A DNA stretch of 64,000 bases from Octopus vulgaris (GCA_951406725.2 OX597826.1:32426001-32490000); one strand, 5' to 3'. Positions 12,421 to 26,140 are shown, numbered from the stretch's first letter. Translations and numbers: made by a program. The notes: generated by a model not told the origin, from the sequence alone.

Positions 12421-12545
12421 TAACTTTCACAAAGAAATGGTTGGCAGTGTCTTCAAAGTTTTGGGTTGCACATTTTCAGTAGATTGAAGAAGGCAAACAA
12501 ACCAAAACTTTGAAGTCACTATCAACCTTCCCCTTGTAAAAGTTA
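12421..12545. repeat. Long imperfect inverted repeat (fold-back, ~44-bp arms)
   Basis: 12421-12464 pairs with 12502-12545 with about 8 mismatches. Confidence 0.85.
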
Positions 12546-13100
12546 ATACACATCTATTCTACTAGAAAGTACCAAACAATCCAGCTTAACAGTAAATTGG
12601 TTACATAAATAACTTGGAATAAAAACAAACATTATTATGACTTATAAAGGCAAAGTATGTAGCAGATAATACAAGTGGCAAATTTACTGTTTCTCTGCAG
12701 AATGTAAAAAATGACGACCTGCCTTCATCAATTTTTTGTACCTTATTGGGTTCTCATCAGAGGTGTTTACATCAATTCCACCAATCCCAGAGAAACATAT
12801 TGTGTAACCACTATCATCCAGGAAACGTGCAAGATGTGTTTTTACCTCGTGATTCTTTGAACAAAATAAGTCCTTCGTTAGATCATACTTTCATTTCACT
12901 CTGTAGGAGAATGAATATCCTAAAAGTGTACTATTTTCAGCAATTTATAGACAAAACTGAGATATATCATAATCATCATCATCGTCGTAGTTATCATCAT
13001 CATCATCAGCATCCTTTAACGTCCGCTTTACATGCTTTCATGGATTGGCTGGTTTGACTGATCAGGTTCCAATCTGATTTGGCATGGCTTCTACGGCTAG

Positions 13101-13131
<31 letters not shown>

Positions 13132-13527
13132 TGTGTGTGTGTGAGTATATACATACATACATACATACACATATAAGTACATAATATACACACACATACT
13201 TATTACAATGTGTTTCTGAACCGTTTCTTTCTATCAAATTTTACTCACAAGGTATTGGTCAACCTATACTATAAGACTGAACAGGAGATCCTGATATATT
13301 CAGCCACTTATAGAACCCATATCTTCATAGACATCTTTATCGTCATCATGGCTTGTTGGCATTCGTGCAGAACATTACATTCTCTACAGAAATCTTTAAC
13401 CAATATTTTTGACCATACAGTGTTATACTTTTATATTCAAACCAATTGGTGAGTCTCCACATGACTGCTCAGCCTTCTAAAAATAACAGTTACATGTCCC
13501 TCCAACTTTTTAATCGTTATGAACATA

Positions 13528-13692
13528 GGTGTAGGAGTGGCTGTGTGGTAAGTAGCTTGCTTACGAAGCCCATAGTTCTGGGTTCAGTCCCATTGCGTAG
13601 CATCTTGGGCAAGTGTCTTCTACTATAGTCTCGAGCTGACCAAAGCCTTTTGAGTGGATTTGGTTGATAGAAACCGAAAGAAGACCGTCGTA

Positions 13693-13739
<47 letters not shown>

Positions 13740-13960
13740 GTATGTGTGTGTATATGTTTGTCCCCCCAACATTGCTTGACATCCGATGCTGGTGTGTTTA
13801 CATCCTTGTAATTTAGCAGTTCAGCAAAAGAGACCAATAGAATAAGTACTAGGCTTACAAAGAATAAGTCCTGGGGTCGATTTGTTCAACTAAAGGCGGT
13901 GCTCTATCATGGCCACAGTCATATGACTGAAACAAGTAAAAGAGTAAAAGAATAAAAGAG
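13528..13960 (+). mobile_element. Family A SINE, full length
   Basis: Colinear with 9787-10205. Confidence 0.9.
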
Positions 13961-14214
13961 TATGTGTTTATCGCTAAATTTGATGAGATGTAGATTTGTA
14001 CACACAAGCACACCCACATACACACATACATTATCTCTCTATGTATGCATACATGCATACATTCATACAGGTATACATAAACATCTATGTATGTATATAT
14101 GTTCGTATGTAAAGTTTGAAAATCGATTAAGGTAGTTCATCATTTTTTCAGTCTGCAGAGAAATGGTTAAAATTTGCCTTGTTTATAATTATACCATATG
14201 TTACATACATACAC

Positions 14215-14283
<69 letters not shown>

Positions 14284-14305
14284 TATATATATATACACAC
14301 ACATG

Positions 14306-14362
<57 letters not shown>

Positions 14363-14636
14363 TTATAGTGATAAAATATTCTTGCTAGTGCATGGAATAG
14401 TATATTAATAGCAATAAAACGAAAAGTTATGTTTTTCTTTTTATTAAATACATATACATACATAAATATATGTACGCACATAGACACACACACACATACA
14501 TACGTTGAAAAAGTATTCAAATTGTCTGCTAAAACTTTTATAATAAAATGGTATCGAATGCCTTCTCCTGCATCCGCAACATCTAAATTTATTGCCTGTG
14601 AATTCTTCGGTGATTCAAGATATTAATCACACTTAC

Positions 14637-14710
14637 CATTTATAACCTACGTACTCATATATTCCAGAAAGATTCCACTCCATTCTCCACCCCCACCACC
14701 GCCACATAGA
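14637..14710 (-). other. Candidate exon (unverified)
   Basis: Acceptor cttcatattttcatag, donor TG|GTAAGT; ATG-initiated frame MWRWWGWRMEWNLSGIYEYVGYK is open to the donor. Confidence 0.25.
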
Positions 14711-15329
14711 CTATGAAAATATGAAGCAATTGTCCCAGCCTTTACTCACAGAAATAACAAATAAAGAAGCCGAATACGGAATGTGTTCAAACATTTGCTG
14801 CTGTAATATTGCAGTTCTGTATAAATGAATATTCCATGATAATAATTCAATGTTCCGATGTACATGGAATTGGCATGAAATTCTAATAAGATATATTTTT
14901 TTGTTTTTGAGGATGGACATTTAGTTTTTTATGGGACAAATTTATGAAAATTTTTTTTTGTTTTTTCTTCATGGTGATGACAATGTCTCCCCTCGAAGCA
15001 TTGCGACAAATAAGGGGGGAAAAAACCTTCAGAAATAAGAGAAAGGAATTAAAAATGCCAAAAGTTTTATTCATGAAAAAATATGTCCAATTTCTATTGA
15101 TAAATTTTCCCTCAAAAATTAATATCTTCCACGTATGATTAATTCATATGATTATTAAGAAATGGAGGAAAAAAAGAAAGAAAAATCAAGAACACTGTTA
15201 TTGAATATTCATTACTATCAAGAGAGTTCAGAGCTCAATTTTTGTTTATATTAACACAGTTAAGTGAAATACTATAACTACAAATACTTGATTGGAAAAA
15301 AAAAAAAATACATAAGTTATTCCTGGACA

Positions 15330-16230
15330 ACCTGCTAAGAAGAAGTGTTTTGAAAACTGCACTAGAAGGAAGACGAAATGGAAATTAAAATTTGTGCCTG
15401 AATTTTTCACACACCTTCAATTTGCAGAAAGCATAGTTTTCATTAGTGGAGATCTTATGGAACTTAAGACTATTTTAGAAGCACTTCATACAGAAAGCAA
15501 AGCTGTAGGACTAAGAATGAATGTGAAAAAATTCAAAAATAAAAAGAGAATATTCAACAAATTGATAAATGAATTTCCTGATATTAAAACTGTGGAAATA
15601 TTTCTTGGAATAAAAACAGAGTTAGACCTAACTTGGCAAAATTGTAACAACAAAGCCAAGTAAAAGAAATTGAAGTAATCCAAAAGGGTAAATTAATTGG
15701 GCTGGGACCCATCAAGTAAAGAAGTCCAGATTTTGAAAGTGAAAAGTCTCTAGGCCTTAAATGATAAGTTCATGACCAATGTATCACCCTGTCAAATATT
15801 TTATTGTGCAGGGATGTGGAAACTGAGAAAAAATGTGACTGCTACAAGAAATCTAGGAACAGTCGGACATCTTCATGATGTTACAGTCAGAATAATGCAG
15901 AAACTTAGTAAAATTTACAAAACAACAAAATGGTTTTTAAAATATTCACAAAGAAAAAACAACAAACTAAATGACATTGTCAAGTTCATAAAAAAAATCA
16001 TTGAAATGGAATTGGGCTGCACAGAACCAGAGGAGGAGAGATAAAAGATAGAAGGGGAAGCTGACAGACTAACTCTCAAGAGACCGCAAAAGAAACATTA
16101 GATGACAATGAGCGGTAAGAGGGAAGAATTGAATAGATTTGACAATGATTTGAGTTTGGGGAGCACAAAACTGAAAGCTATGGAAAATAAAAAGAGAAAT
16201 GTCTTTTACCCAAGAATAGGAGATTAATGA
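15330..16230 (+). pseudogene. Decayed RTE-clade LINE, reverse transcriptase C-terminal half
   Basis: ORF 15394-15663 THLQFAESIVFISGDLMELKTILEALHTESKAVGLRMNVKK matches the RT HLRFADDIVL...L..ES..VGL.MN..KTK pattern; downstream DIVKFIKK..KWNWAA resembles the RTE W.WAGH region; stops and frameshifts. Confidence 0.85.
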
Positions 16231-16738
16231 CTCATCTGATTGACTGAAAATATTCCTTCACTGAAAATAATAATCGTTGAAGAACTTCTTGCTTCAGTGT
16301 TCTACTTATATTAGTCATGTAATGAAACACAGATTGGCCTCGGTGCTACTACAATGCACAGCTAAGAGAAATTCCAGATAATCAACCATGTGTTTTACAT
16401 GGCAATATATACGTAAAGGTAATGAATCTGTTAGTCATTTTGGTGTGCGTGTGATTGATGCAAGTCTTCAAGAAATCCATTGATTTGTTTGGAATTATTT
16501 TTAGAGTTGGGTTGTGATGATGTAACAAAGCTGTGCTTTTAGAGACTAATGATATTCATGATGACAATGACCAGAGAGGGAGAGAGAGAGAGAGAAAGAG
16601 AGAGAGAGAAAGAGAGAGAGAGGAGGGAGAGAGAGAGAAGGTGATGATAGTTCTATCTGCAGAGTATTACATTTAACAGAAGATATCAACATATATTTGT
16701 TTCTCTTTCCAAGAACAAACTTAATATCGCCATATATA

Positions 16739-16781
<43 letters not shown>

Positions 16782-16850
16782 TAATAAACACCTTCAGAAT
16801 CATTGCACATATTTACACACACACATACACACACACACACACACATATGT

Positions 16851-17195
16851 GCAGGCATGACTGTGTAGCTGAGAAGCTTGCTTCCCAGCCACATGGCTTT
16901 GGGTTCAGTTCCACTGTGTGGCAACTTTGGCAAGTATCTTCTACTATAGCTCCAGGCCAACCAATGCTTTGTGAGTAGATTAGGTAGACAGAAACTAAAA
17001 GAAGCCTATCATATATATATATATATGTATGTATATGTATGTGTGTGTGTGTTTGTATTTGTTTCTCCACCACTGCATGACAACCGGTGTTGGTTTATTA
17101 ATGTCTCCGTAACTTAGCAGTTCAGCAAAAAAAAACCCAACAGAGAAAATCATGATGGGTGCTCCATTATGGCTGCCATCCAATGACTGAAACAT
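16851..17195 (+). mobile_element. Family A SINE
   Basis: Head, TA/TG tract and tail colinear with 9787-10205; internal deletion near 3' end. Confidence 0.85.
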
Positions 17196-17294
17196 ATGCT
17201 TATATGCATCTACATGTGTGAATGGAGAAAGGGTTGATTTAGCTTATTATTTTTTAAATATGTGGATATCAAGTTTTTTCCATGAAAACATACA

Positions 17295-17725
17295 TGGCTG
17301 CAAAGTAAAGCTGTTCACTTCACAACCATAACAGTTTAGGTTCAATCCTGCTGCTAGGCACCTTGGATAAATGTATTCATTCATGGTTCTGAGTTGACCC
17401 ATAGGTAGGGCATGATATTTGCTTGATGAGAAATATGTAGAAGCCTCTTTCAGATATGTGTGTGAATGTGTGTGTGAGAAAGTGTGTGTGTGTGTGTACT
17501 TGTGTAAATCAGAGTAAACTTTTTGAGGTATATACTTCCTAGAGGGAGGTCACTCTTTAAAAACAGATGTACCTCAGAATAGAAAACAACCGTTCGATAG
17601 AAATTGATTTAAAAAACTGTGCACTGGATTTAGTAAAGGGAGCGAATTATATTATAAAAATATGCCTTGAAGGTGGTGCTCCAGCATGGCTGCAATCTAT
17701 TGACAAAAACAGTTATAAAAAAGAT
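17295..17725 (+). mobile_element. Diverged SINE with family A-like head and the same tail but a different body
   Basis: ggttcaatcc box near 17340; gaaggtggtgctccagcatggctgcaatc tail near 17670. Confidence 0.55.
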
Positions 17726-18467
17726 ATATCAAAAAGTATATATCTCCATTCTATTGAATATATATATATATACACACACATCTATGTTTCTATAAATCAG
17801 ATTCTATAGAGCTGTACATACCAACAATCTTTAGTACCATATGTAGGCTTTTTACAAGAATTATAACCATGCACGCACACACACATACACACACACACAC
17901 AAATATATATAAAGAGAGAGAAAGAGCGAGGGAGGGAGAGAGGGAGATCTGTGTGTGTGTGTGTGTGTGTATGCATGCATGTGTGTATAAATGGATGAGT
18001 AAATTCCAGCACCTATAGACAAGGGAGTATAAAATTTATTTGGTTCAAATTTGAAATTATTCATGAAGTTATGTATGTATACATACATACATACACACAT
18101 ACACAACACAACTATAAACTTTTTATTATATATATTAAATAAGTGTATATAAGTGTATATATATATATTTTTTTATATATGTACACACTTACATATCACA
18201 GGAATGTGTGATATATTCTATACATGTATGTATAATGAGGGCATCTTGTAATTTTACACACATCGTGTAGTTTGCATTTCAGGTATTCTTCCTACAATAT
18301 ACACTCATTTATTATTTATTAAGGTGTTCTCAGAAGTACATGTATGTTTGTATATAGAAGTGTGTGTTTTCTAGGATATGTATGTATATGTGTGTTTGAG
18401 CACATGTGTGTGTGCATGCATCTGTGTGTGTGTCTGCATACATTAGTTCATATCTGTGCATGAATAA

Positions 18468-18515
<48 letters not shown>

Positions 18516-18734
18516 TTGCATATGTATTTGTGCATGTGAGTGTTTGTGTGTGTGAATATATAAGTACATGTGTGTGTTTGATTGTTATATATGTTTGTGT
18601 GTGCCTTATCATATGTATGTGCATGAGCATACTTGAATATGTATGTGTGTTTAAGCCGTATGCATATTTAAACAGACAAAAGTACGAAATAAAAACAAAA
18701 TGAAAGATAATACTAGCAATAATAATAACAATGT

Positions 18735-18765
<31 letters not shown>

Positions 18766-18926
18766 AAGAAGAAGAAGAAGAAGAAGAAGAAATGAAAACA
18801 AGGCTGAACATAGAAACAGATTCTAAATTTGGAGAAGGAACATTTAAATTCCATAAATTATAATTAGAATTCATAAGATATGAATTAATTGCTTAAATAA
18901 TAATAATAATAATCATGAAAATAATG

Positions 18927-18963
<37 letters not shown>

Positions 18964-18999
18964 TAATTAAAAAAAAAAAATAATAATAATAATGATAAT

Positions 19000-19178
19000 A
19001 ATGGTTTCAAATTTTGGCACAATGCTAGCAAGTTCGGGTGGAAAAGGCCAATTACTTTGACCCCAGTACTCGACAAAGAATGAATGACAGAGCTGACCTC
19101 GGCGGAATTTGAACTCACATCGTAAAGATGGACAAAATTCCATTAAACATACTAACAATTCTGCTAGCTCATTGCCGT
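19000..19178 (-). mobile_element. Family B SINE embedded in (AAT)n
   Basis: Reverse complement of 22853-23030 (gacctcggcggaatttgaactc). Confidence 0.8.
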
Positions 19179-19184
19179 AATAAC

Positions 19185-19225
<41 letters not shown>

Positions 19226-21339
19226 CCATCATCATTGTCCTCATCATTGTCATCTATCTTCTATATTTCATGATGAGATTACAAGATTTGTCCACTGAAT
19301 GTTGGAGAATACTACACAGTAAAATACCAACAACAATAACAACAAAAAACGAAGATATTTATTAAAAATAGATGCATTTGATGTAGTATGATGTCTATGT
19401 TGGTACTGTACGAGTCTTGCTGCTTGCTGGTAGACACGTTTTGGTAGTACCATGGAGAGAATGTCTTGAGAAACAGCGAAACAATCAATCATGCTAAAAT
19501 TATAGATATTGTCGAAGAAATATGATTACTGCTGAGGGCCATAGTTGTGACGCAGATGTTGTTGTTGTTGTAGTAGTAGTAGTAGTAGTAGTTGTTGTTG
19601 TTGTTGGTGTTGTTGTTAAGGAATCGAATAGTAATGCTGGTGAGTACAAAAGCAGAGTGTGTTAGGTGATTGCGGTCTGCGATTATGTAGGTGGGTAAGA
19701 AAACCATTTATTCTTCTGCGAACAGAATGATTTGAAGGACTCTTGAGAGGGGAACATATTGCAGTAATAGTTGTAACTGCTGTTGTTGTTGGTGGTCGTG
19801 TTCTTGTTGTTGCCGCTGTTGTTGTTGTTATTGTTGCTGTTGTTGTTGTTGTTGTTAAGCTCCAGGTTAGTTCTGAATGATGAGATTGACGAACAAAGGA
19901 ATTCCACTGTTGTCTATCCAGCCTCTTTAAGGATGTATAAAACAACATTCTATAACTTATATACTCTTTCCTTTTTTGGAGTATATAGAATATTCGAATG
20001 TATTTTATGCATTCTATACACTCTTTTATTTTTTGTTGGTGTATATAGAACAACATTATATATCTTCTTCTTTAAGATGATGGTGTGTTATTTGAGGGAG
20101 AGTTGGCTGCTTTTTCTAGCAGGTTGAGCATACATGCTGAGGCTCCATTGCTGGCTTTTGAAGATGGTGGAGGATGGCGATGAGGGTGCTAGTGATGGTG
20201 GTGGTGGTGGTGGTGGTGGTGGTGGTGTTGATGGTGTTAGTTAACAATAGTAGATTGGGCATGACAAAATTAACAGCTTACTGGGATTAGAAATAGATAT
20301 AGATACAACAACATCAACTACAACAACAACTACAGAAGCAAAAAACAAAATAACAACAGCAGAATTAAAAAATAAAAATGGATTAAATTAATTGAGGGAA
20401 TAAAACTGTTATTTCTTGTTGGCCAAGCAATTAGTTAAACATGGCTTTGTTCACTCAAACATATTGCAGTTGTTATTATTGTTGTTGTTGTTGTTGTTGC
20501 TGTTGATAAAGGCTGAAGAAATATTTAAGGGCTCAAATTTGTAAGGCAGAGATTCAGTTCTTACACAATTCCAATGTTATTTTTATGGATTTCCTCCCAA
20601 GAAGAATGAATTGTGAAGTTCCAGTCCAAGAGGATGGGAATAAAAAATGGTGAAGATGTAAAAATAACCATAAAACGATATTCAGCGTGGTGCTCTGCAG
20701 TTTTTGGTATTCCATCACATTTAATTAATATTTTAATCAATTAAAAATTATCAATAAAACCCATAGAATCCCTATGTTAACCCCTTTTCTCATCCTCTGA
20801 CCCCTTTTCTCTCACTGTCCTTTCTCCACAGTTTTTCCACTTCCTCAACATCTCTGCTTATCTTTACTCCTCCTCTAGCCTTTACTCATTCTCCTCTCCC
20901 CACAATTCCCACATTTCTCTTTCTTTTGGTGACCCTCCTAGGATTCTTCTCCACCCTAGTCTACTACTCCCTTCCTGTCCTCTTTCCCTTCATACCATTC
21001 ATTCATTCTTACCCTCATAATACAAGATAGTTCGAGAACTCCCAACACAGCCCATCGCATCACCTTTTGATTCTGTCCCTATTTCTCAATAACCTCTAAC
21101 ATTAATCTCTACCCTTATCCCTGTTCCCTGCCATACTCACTCCACAATTAATACCTAATGCTACTCTACGACCCTGTCACTCTCTCCTCTACTACCCCTC
21201 ATGACTATGAATCTGTATCTCTCATCTTACTGATCTTCCCTTATGAGTTCACCTTGAATCATTGCTCCTTCACTTTTCTGTTTTCCATCAGTTGTAGGGG
21301 TTACTTTAGGCCCCCTAGCCTTGTGAGTTACTAGCTGAT

Positions 21340-21532
21340 TTTTCCAAGTGCTGATGCTATGAAAAAGGTACCCAGTCTACTCTATAAAGTGGATGGCATT
21401 AGGAAGGGCAACCAGCTATAAAAACTAGACCAAAGTAGTCATTGGAACATGACACAGTCCTGTCTCAGCTAATCCTGACAAACGACCCAGTCTATCTCAG
21501 CATGGAACATTAAATGTTAAATGATGATGATT
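21340..21532 (+). mobile_element. Family C retroposon 3' part
   Basis: ggcattaggaagggcaaccagc...cagcatggaacattaaatgttaaatgatgatg. Confidence 0.65.
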
Positions 21533-21589
21533 TAAGCAGTGATGGTCATGTATGGGATTGAAATCACTGATGATCATCACCCCTGAAGT

Positions 21590-22070
21590 ACCACGAGAAG
21601 ATATTGAGGCATACTCCATGATAGATGGTGGCACTAAAATTGAGCAGGTCTCCTTTTGTTTTTACACAGTTGTGACATCAGTAAAGGGACTTTGAAGAGC
21701 AAACACTGTCAGGGACCAAATTCTCAACTCCTCTTTCTTCACATTTATCAGATTCTTTAGCAAATGACCCCAGCATTTCAGAAGCATTAGAAATATTGTT
21801 GACAATGAGGAAATCCAACTGCAGGCTGCAGGCAATGGCATAACATAATTGCTTCCATTGGGGATAGATAAAAATGATTAGACTCTGTAGAGTCTGCTGC
21901 TTTTGTTGTGAGAGTACCAAAGGGAATGATGGAAGTGTTTGTTATAGAAGAGTATGAGGTAATGAGTACCAAGATATATGTAGTAGCTATCAGTTATAAA
22001 GTATTGTTGTTGTTTAGCTTCAGATGAATGATACCTTTGACCATAAGCACTCCATTCCACCCATGTCCAT
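21590..22070 (-). pseudogene. Possible old LINE remnant
   Basis: Minus-strand VPPSIMEYAS resembles the LINE RT C-terminal V.P.MEYAS motif; remainder not alignable by eye. Confidence 0.25.
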
Positions 22071-22496
22071 CACAACATTTCCTATCTACGGAGTATCCAG
22101 CATCATGTTATTCAAATTGTCTTTGGTAAAGTATAGTTTAAAGGAGATTTGACTGTAATTTCTAGCTGATAGAACAACCATACAGAGGTAAATCTATTTG
22201 TTTAAACAAAATGAATGAGTTGATTGGTTTAATAGTTATACAATATTGAATTTTTTTTGCTGTTGTTGGTGTTACTGTCTAATTCCATGCCAACTCTGAA
22301 GAAACACATCTATGATCAATTACATTCCACATGCAATTCTTCTTTCTTTTTATAAAGATTCTGACAAGATACCTCTCCCAGATTCATCATACTTCATAAA
22401 CATTTAAAGAGTTAACATAGGATGTGCCTTGGTTTGAGCCGTAATAGTAACCAAAACAAAAACAATAAAATAACTAATACTAAAACAATAACTAAT

Positions 22497-22792
22497 ACTG
22501 GTGCTCTCATTTACAATGGGTATTCCGGTTGATCTGATCAACATCAAGTAGCTGAGTACTCCACAGGCATGCAAAACCTTAACGTAGCTTTTGGGGACAT
22601 TCAGCATGATACAGAATGTGAGTTAGCTGGCCTTTTGAATTACAGGTATGACTCATTTTTGCCAGCTGAGTGGACAGGAACAACGTGAAATAAAGCATCT
22701 TTCTCAAGGACACAATACTCCGCCAGGAATTGAACTCACGACTTTGTGATCATGAACTGAATCTCCTAACCACTAAGCCACATGCTTTCACA
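22497..22792 (-). mobile_element. Family D tRNA-derived SINE with CORE-like central segment
   Basis: Minus strand TGGCTTAGTGG (A box), GAGTTCAATTCC (B box), then tgtgtccttgag...ccactcagctggcaaaaatgagt; relatives at 25900-26140 (+) and 41381-41695 (-). Confidence 0.8.
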
Positions 22793-22852
22793 ACCAATAA
22801 AATATTAGTGCCATGCAAACATTCTTAATATCTGACCAGTTTTAAAGGCAGG

Positions 22853-23250
22853 AGTGGGGAGCTGGCAGAAACGTTAGCACGCCGGGCGAAATGTGTAGCC
22901 GTATTTCGTCTGCCGCTATGTTCTGAGTTTAAATTCTGCTGAGGTCGACTTTGCCTTTCATCCTTTCGGGGTCGATTAAATAAGTACCAGTTACGCACTG
23001 GGGTCAAAATATTCGACTTAATCTATTTGTCTGTCCTTGTTTGTCCTCTCTGTGTTTAGCCCCTTGTGGGTAGTAAAGAAATAGGTATTTCGTTTGTTTT
23101 TACATTCTGAGTTCAAATTCCACTGAGGTTGACTTTGCCTTTCATCCTTTCAGGGTCAATAAGTTAAGTACCAGCTGTGTACTGGGGTAGATCTAATCAA
23201 CTGGTCCCCTCCCCAAAAATTTCAGGCCCTGTGCCTAGAGTAGAAAAGAA
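22853..23250 (+). mobile_element. Family B SINE, two head-to-tail copies (second 5'-truncated)
   Basis: gagctggcagaaacgttagc...ttctgagttcaaattc...gactttgcctttcatcctttcggggtcgattaaataagtaccag; the central motif resembles the Meta/MESC SINE domain (from memory). Confidence 0.9.
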
Positions 23251-23959
23251 TATCTCGCCAGCTTTACTTGCATCACATCAATAGCTGTGTAAAGTATTTC
23301 CTGTCACACCCTTCTGTATAGCTGTGATTATATTTTCCATAAATTCTTCTTCAGTTAAAACAGTAATGTGTGTAGGATTTGAGAAAAATTTAGCTGCTAT
23401 TTCCAACTAACTGTGTGGCTAAGCAGGAGCTCCTTGGTTATTAGTGTTGCTATTGGCTTATTCAGCCCTAGGTTATCCCTAATTGAGCAGATTATGATAA
23501 AATGTAATCCAACTGTGACTGTCCTATCTGTTCCATATGAACAGGGAATGTAGGAGCACATTAACCAACATTTCTTTTTCTTAGATAATGGGGTGTGATT
23601 TGAGATATGGCTGTTTTTTTTCCAGTTGGTTGCATAACTATGTAGAGGATTCCTTGTTGGCTCATGATGTTGTTTTTGTGGGTAGTTGTGGTTTTGGTTA
23701 TGGCTACATTCAAAAACAGTGAATGTGGTGGTGGTGTAACAATATTAACCGTATACTGGGAACTGAAGCAAATACAGCAGTAACTTTAAACATAATAACA
23801 ACAGCTACAACAACAACAACAGAAGAAACAAATTAACATAACAATAACATTTTTTTAAAAAATGGATTCAATTAAGAAATTATCTATAATCGTTATTGTT
23901 ATCAATTTTATCATTATTATTATTATTATTATTATAATTATTATTATTATTATTATTAT

Positions 23960-25020
23960 TATTGGTGAGTTGGCAAAATTGTGAGAAGATTGTCCAGGCG
24001 GCAAGTTGGCAGAAGCATTAAAGTGTCTGAAAGGTGACAAGCTGGCAGAAATGTGAGAGCATCAAGAAAGCAGCAAGTGAACAGAATTGTCAGAACATCA
24101 GAAAATAATAAAAAAAAAAATATTTGTTTTAACTCTTTAGATTCCAAGTTCAAATTGTGCTAGGGTCATTTTTGTCCTTTATTCCTTCTAGAGGGTGGGT
24201 CGATAAAATAAAGCACGAGTCAACTATTGGACTTGATGGTATAGACTAACACCCTCCTCTCAAAACTGCTAGCCTTGTGTTTAAACTAGGAACAATTATT
24301 TTTGTATTTTTTTTGTTTTTGTTTACTGTAACTTCTCCTTTGCTATTGTCCTCCATGTTTTGGGCCCTTGTGGCCAATGAAAGAAATTGCCATCGTCATC
24401 ATCATCATCATCATCATCATTTTGGTGTTATTATTGAGGTCAATTAAATAAGTACCAGTTATGTACTGGGGTTGATGCAATCGACTTAATCCCTTCCCCA
24501 TATCTGAGGCCTTGTGCTTCCAGTAGAAAGGATTATAGTATTATTATCATTATTATTATTGAGTCAGGAAGCTGGCAGAACTGTTAGCTTGCCCAGCGAA
24601 AAGCTTAGTATTACTTTGTCCGTCTTTACATTCTGAGTTCAAATTCCACTGAGATCAACTTTTCCTTTCATTCATTTTGTGGAGGAGTGGTTAATGAAAT
24701 AAGGTCTAGTCAAATACTGGGGTTGATGTAATTGAATTCCCTCTCCCCTCAAAAACTGCCGGTCTTGTGCTAAAATTTGAAACCGTTATTATTATTTTTG
24801 GTTAAGACAGTGAACTTGTAGAATCACTAAAGCATCAGAAAAAATACCATATGATATTCCAACTCCTTATGTTCTGAGTTCAAATTCTGCCAAGTTCGAC
24901 TTTGTCTTTCATCATTTAAGGGTCAATAAATTAAGTACCAGTGAAAGATTGGGGTTGACATGATCGACTTGTCTCCTCTCCCAAAATTTTAGGCCTTGTG
25001 CCTTCAGCAGAAAGGATTGC

Positions 25021-25063
<43 letters not shown>

Positions 25064-25330
25064 TGTTAGTGGTTTGTTTGAACCCTGTATATTTAGATCA
25101 GAAGAACAACAATGATAATTGAATAAAAGAAAACAAGAAATGATAGATACTATGTTTCTAATATCTGGATACTGAAGTAGGGAATTATCAGAATTGATAG
25201 ACAAAATGCCTTGTAGTATTTGATTTAATTCTTTACATTGTAAGTTCAAATCCCACCAAGGTCAACTTTGCTTGATAATCCTCTGAGGGTTTATAAAATT
25301 AGGTATCAATAAAGCACTGGAAATGATTTA
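23960..25330 (+). mobile_element. Cluster of at least five family B SINE copies or fragments, same orientation, separated by (ATT)n
   Basis: agttcaaa B-box-like motifs near 24147, 24637, 24877, 25242; aagtaccag motifs near 24450 and 24933. Confidence 0.8.
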
Positions 25331-25899
25331 ATCGACTGCCAACCTGTGCTAACATGTAAGGTTTTGGCATAGTAGAGCAGGGCCCTAATACCTGCCCAAG
25401 TACAGGGTTTTGATGTTAGGTGAAGTGGTGCATTGCTTGGGAGAAAACTGTTGTCACATCAGTGTTGGTATCTATATCTAACACCAGCCTACATTACAAC
25501 CAACATAACACACACACATCCTATCATTTACATGAACACATCTATTCTATTATCAAAATACACACACACACACACACACATCATACACACACTCTCTTTG
25601 AACCATATCAAAAATAAATCGGGCAAAAGATGAACAGATCCTTAATATTTGTTTTTGGTATTCCCAGAAATATTACTGCTCCTTTTTTAACATGAGCACA
25701 AAGCCTCAGATTTATAGAACAAAGGTCCAGTCCCTATAGAAAATAAATGCTTATTTTTATCAAGTCCTTAATCAAATAAACGGTTAAATTGATTCCTTGG
25801 GGATTTGAACTAAAAAATTGGTAACAATGCAAAAATAACTGCTGAAAGATAGTTAGCCAGGCGCCCTACTATTTCTGACATTCCATCACATTTAATTGT

Positions 25900-26140
25900 A
25901 GAGGTATGTAGCTTAGAGGTTAGGTTTTGCACTTATGATCACAAGATTGTAGTTTCAATTCCTGGACTAGGCGATACATTGTGTTCTTGAGCAAAGCACT
26001 TAATTGTATGTTGTTCCTGTCTACTTAGCTGGGGAAAAGTTGTAATCCTGCAATGGAATGGCGTCCTGGCCTGGGGTGGGGAATAAATACACCACAGAAT
26101 CTAGGAAATTGGATTTATGAGTTTATGGCTTGCGATGGAC
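25900..26140 (+). mobile_element. Family D SINE, diverged
   Basis: gtagcttagaggttagg...gtttcaattcctgg...tgtgttcttgagcaaagcactt. Confidence 0.7.

Noticed and set aside
19268-19492. 74-aa minus ORF with hydrophobic stretch (signal-anchor-like)
   Set aside because: Hydrophobic core derives largely from a TTG repeat; no convincing donor or homology
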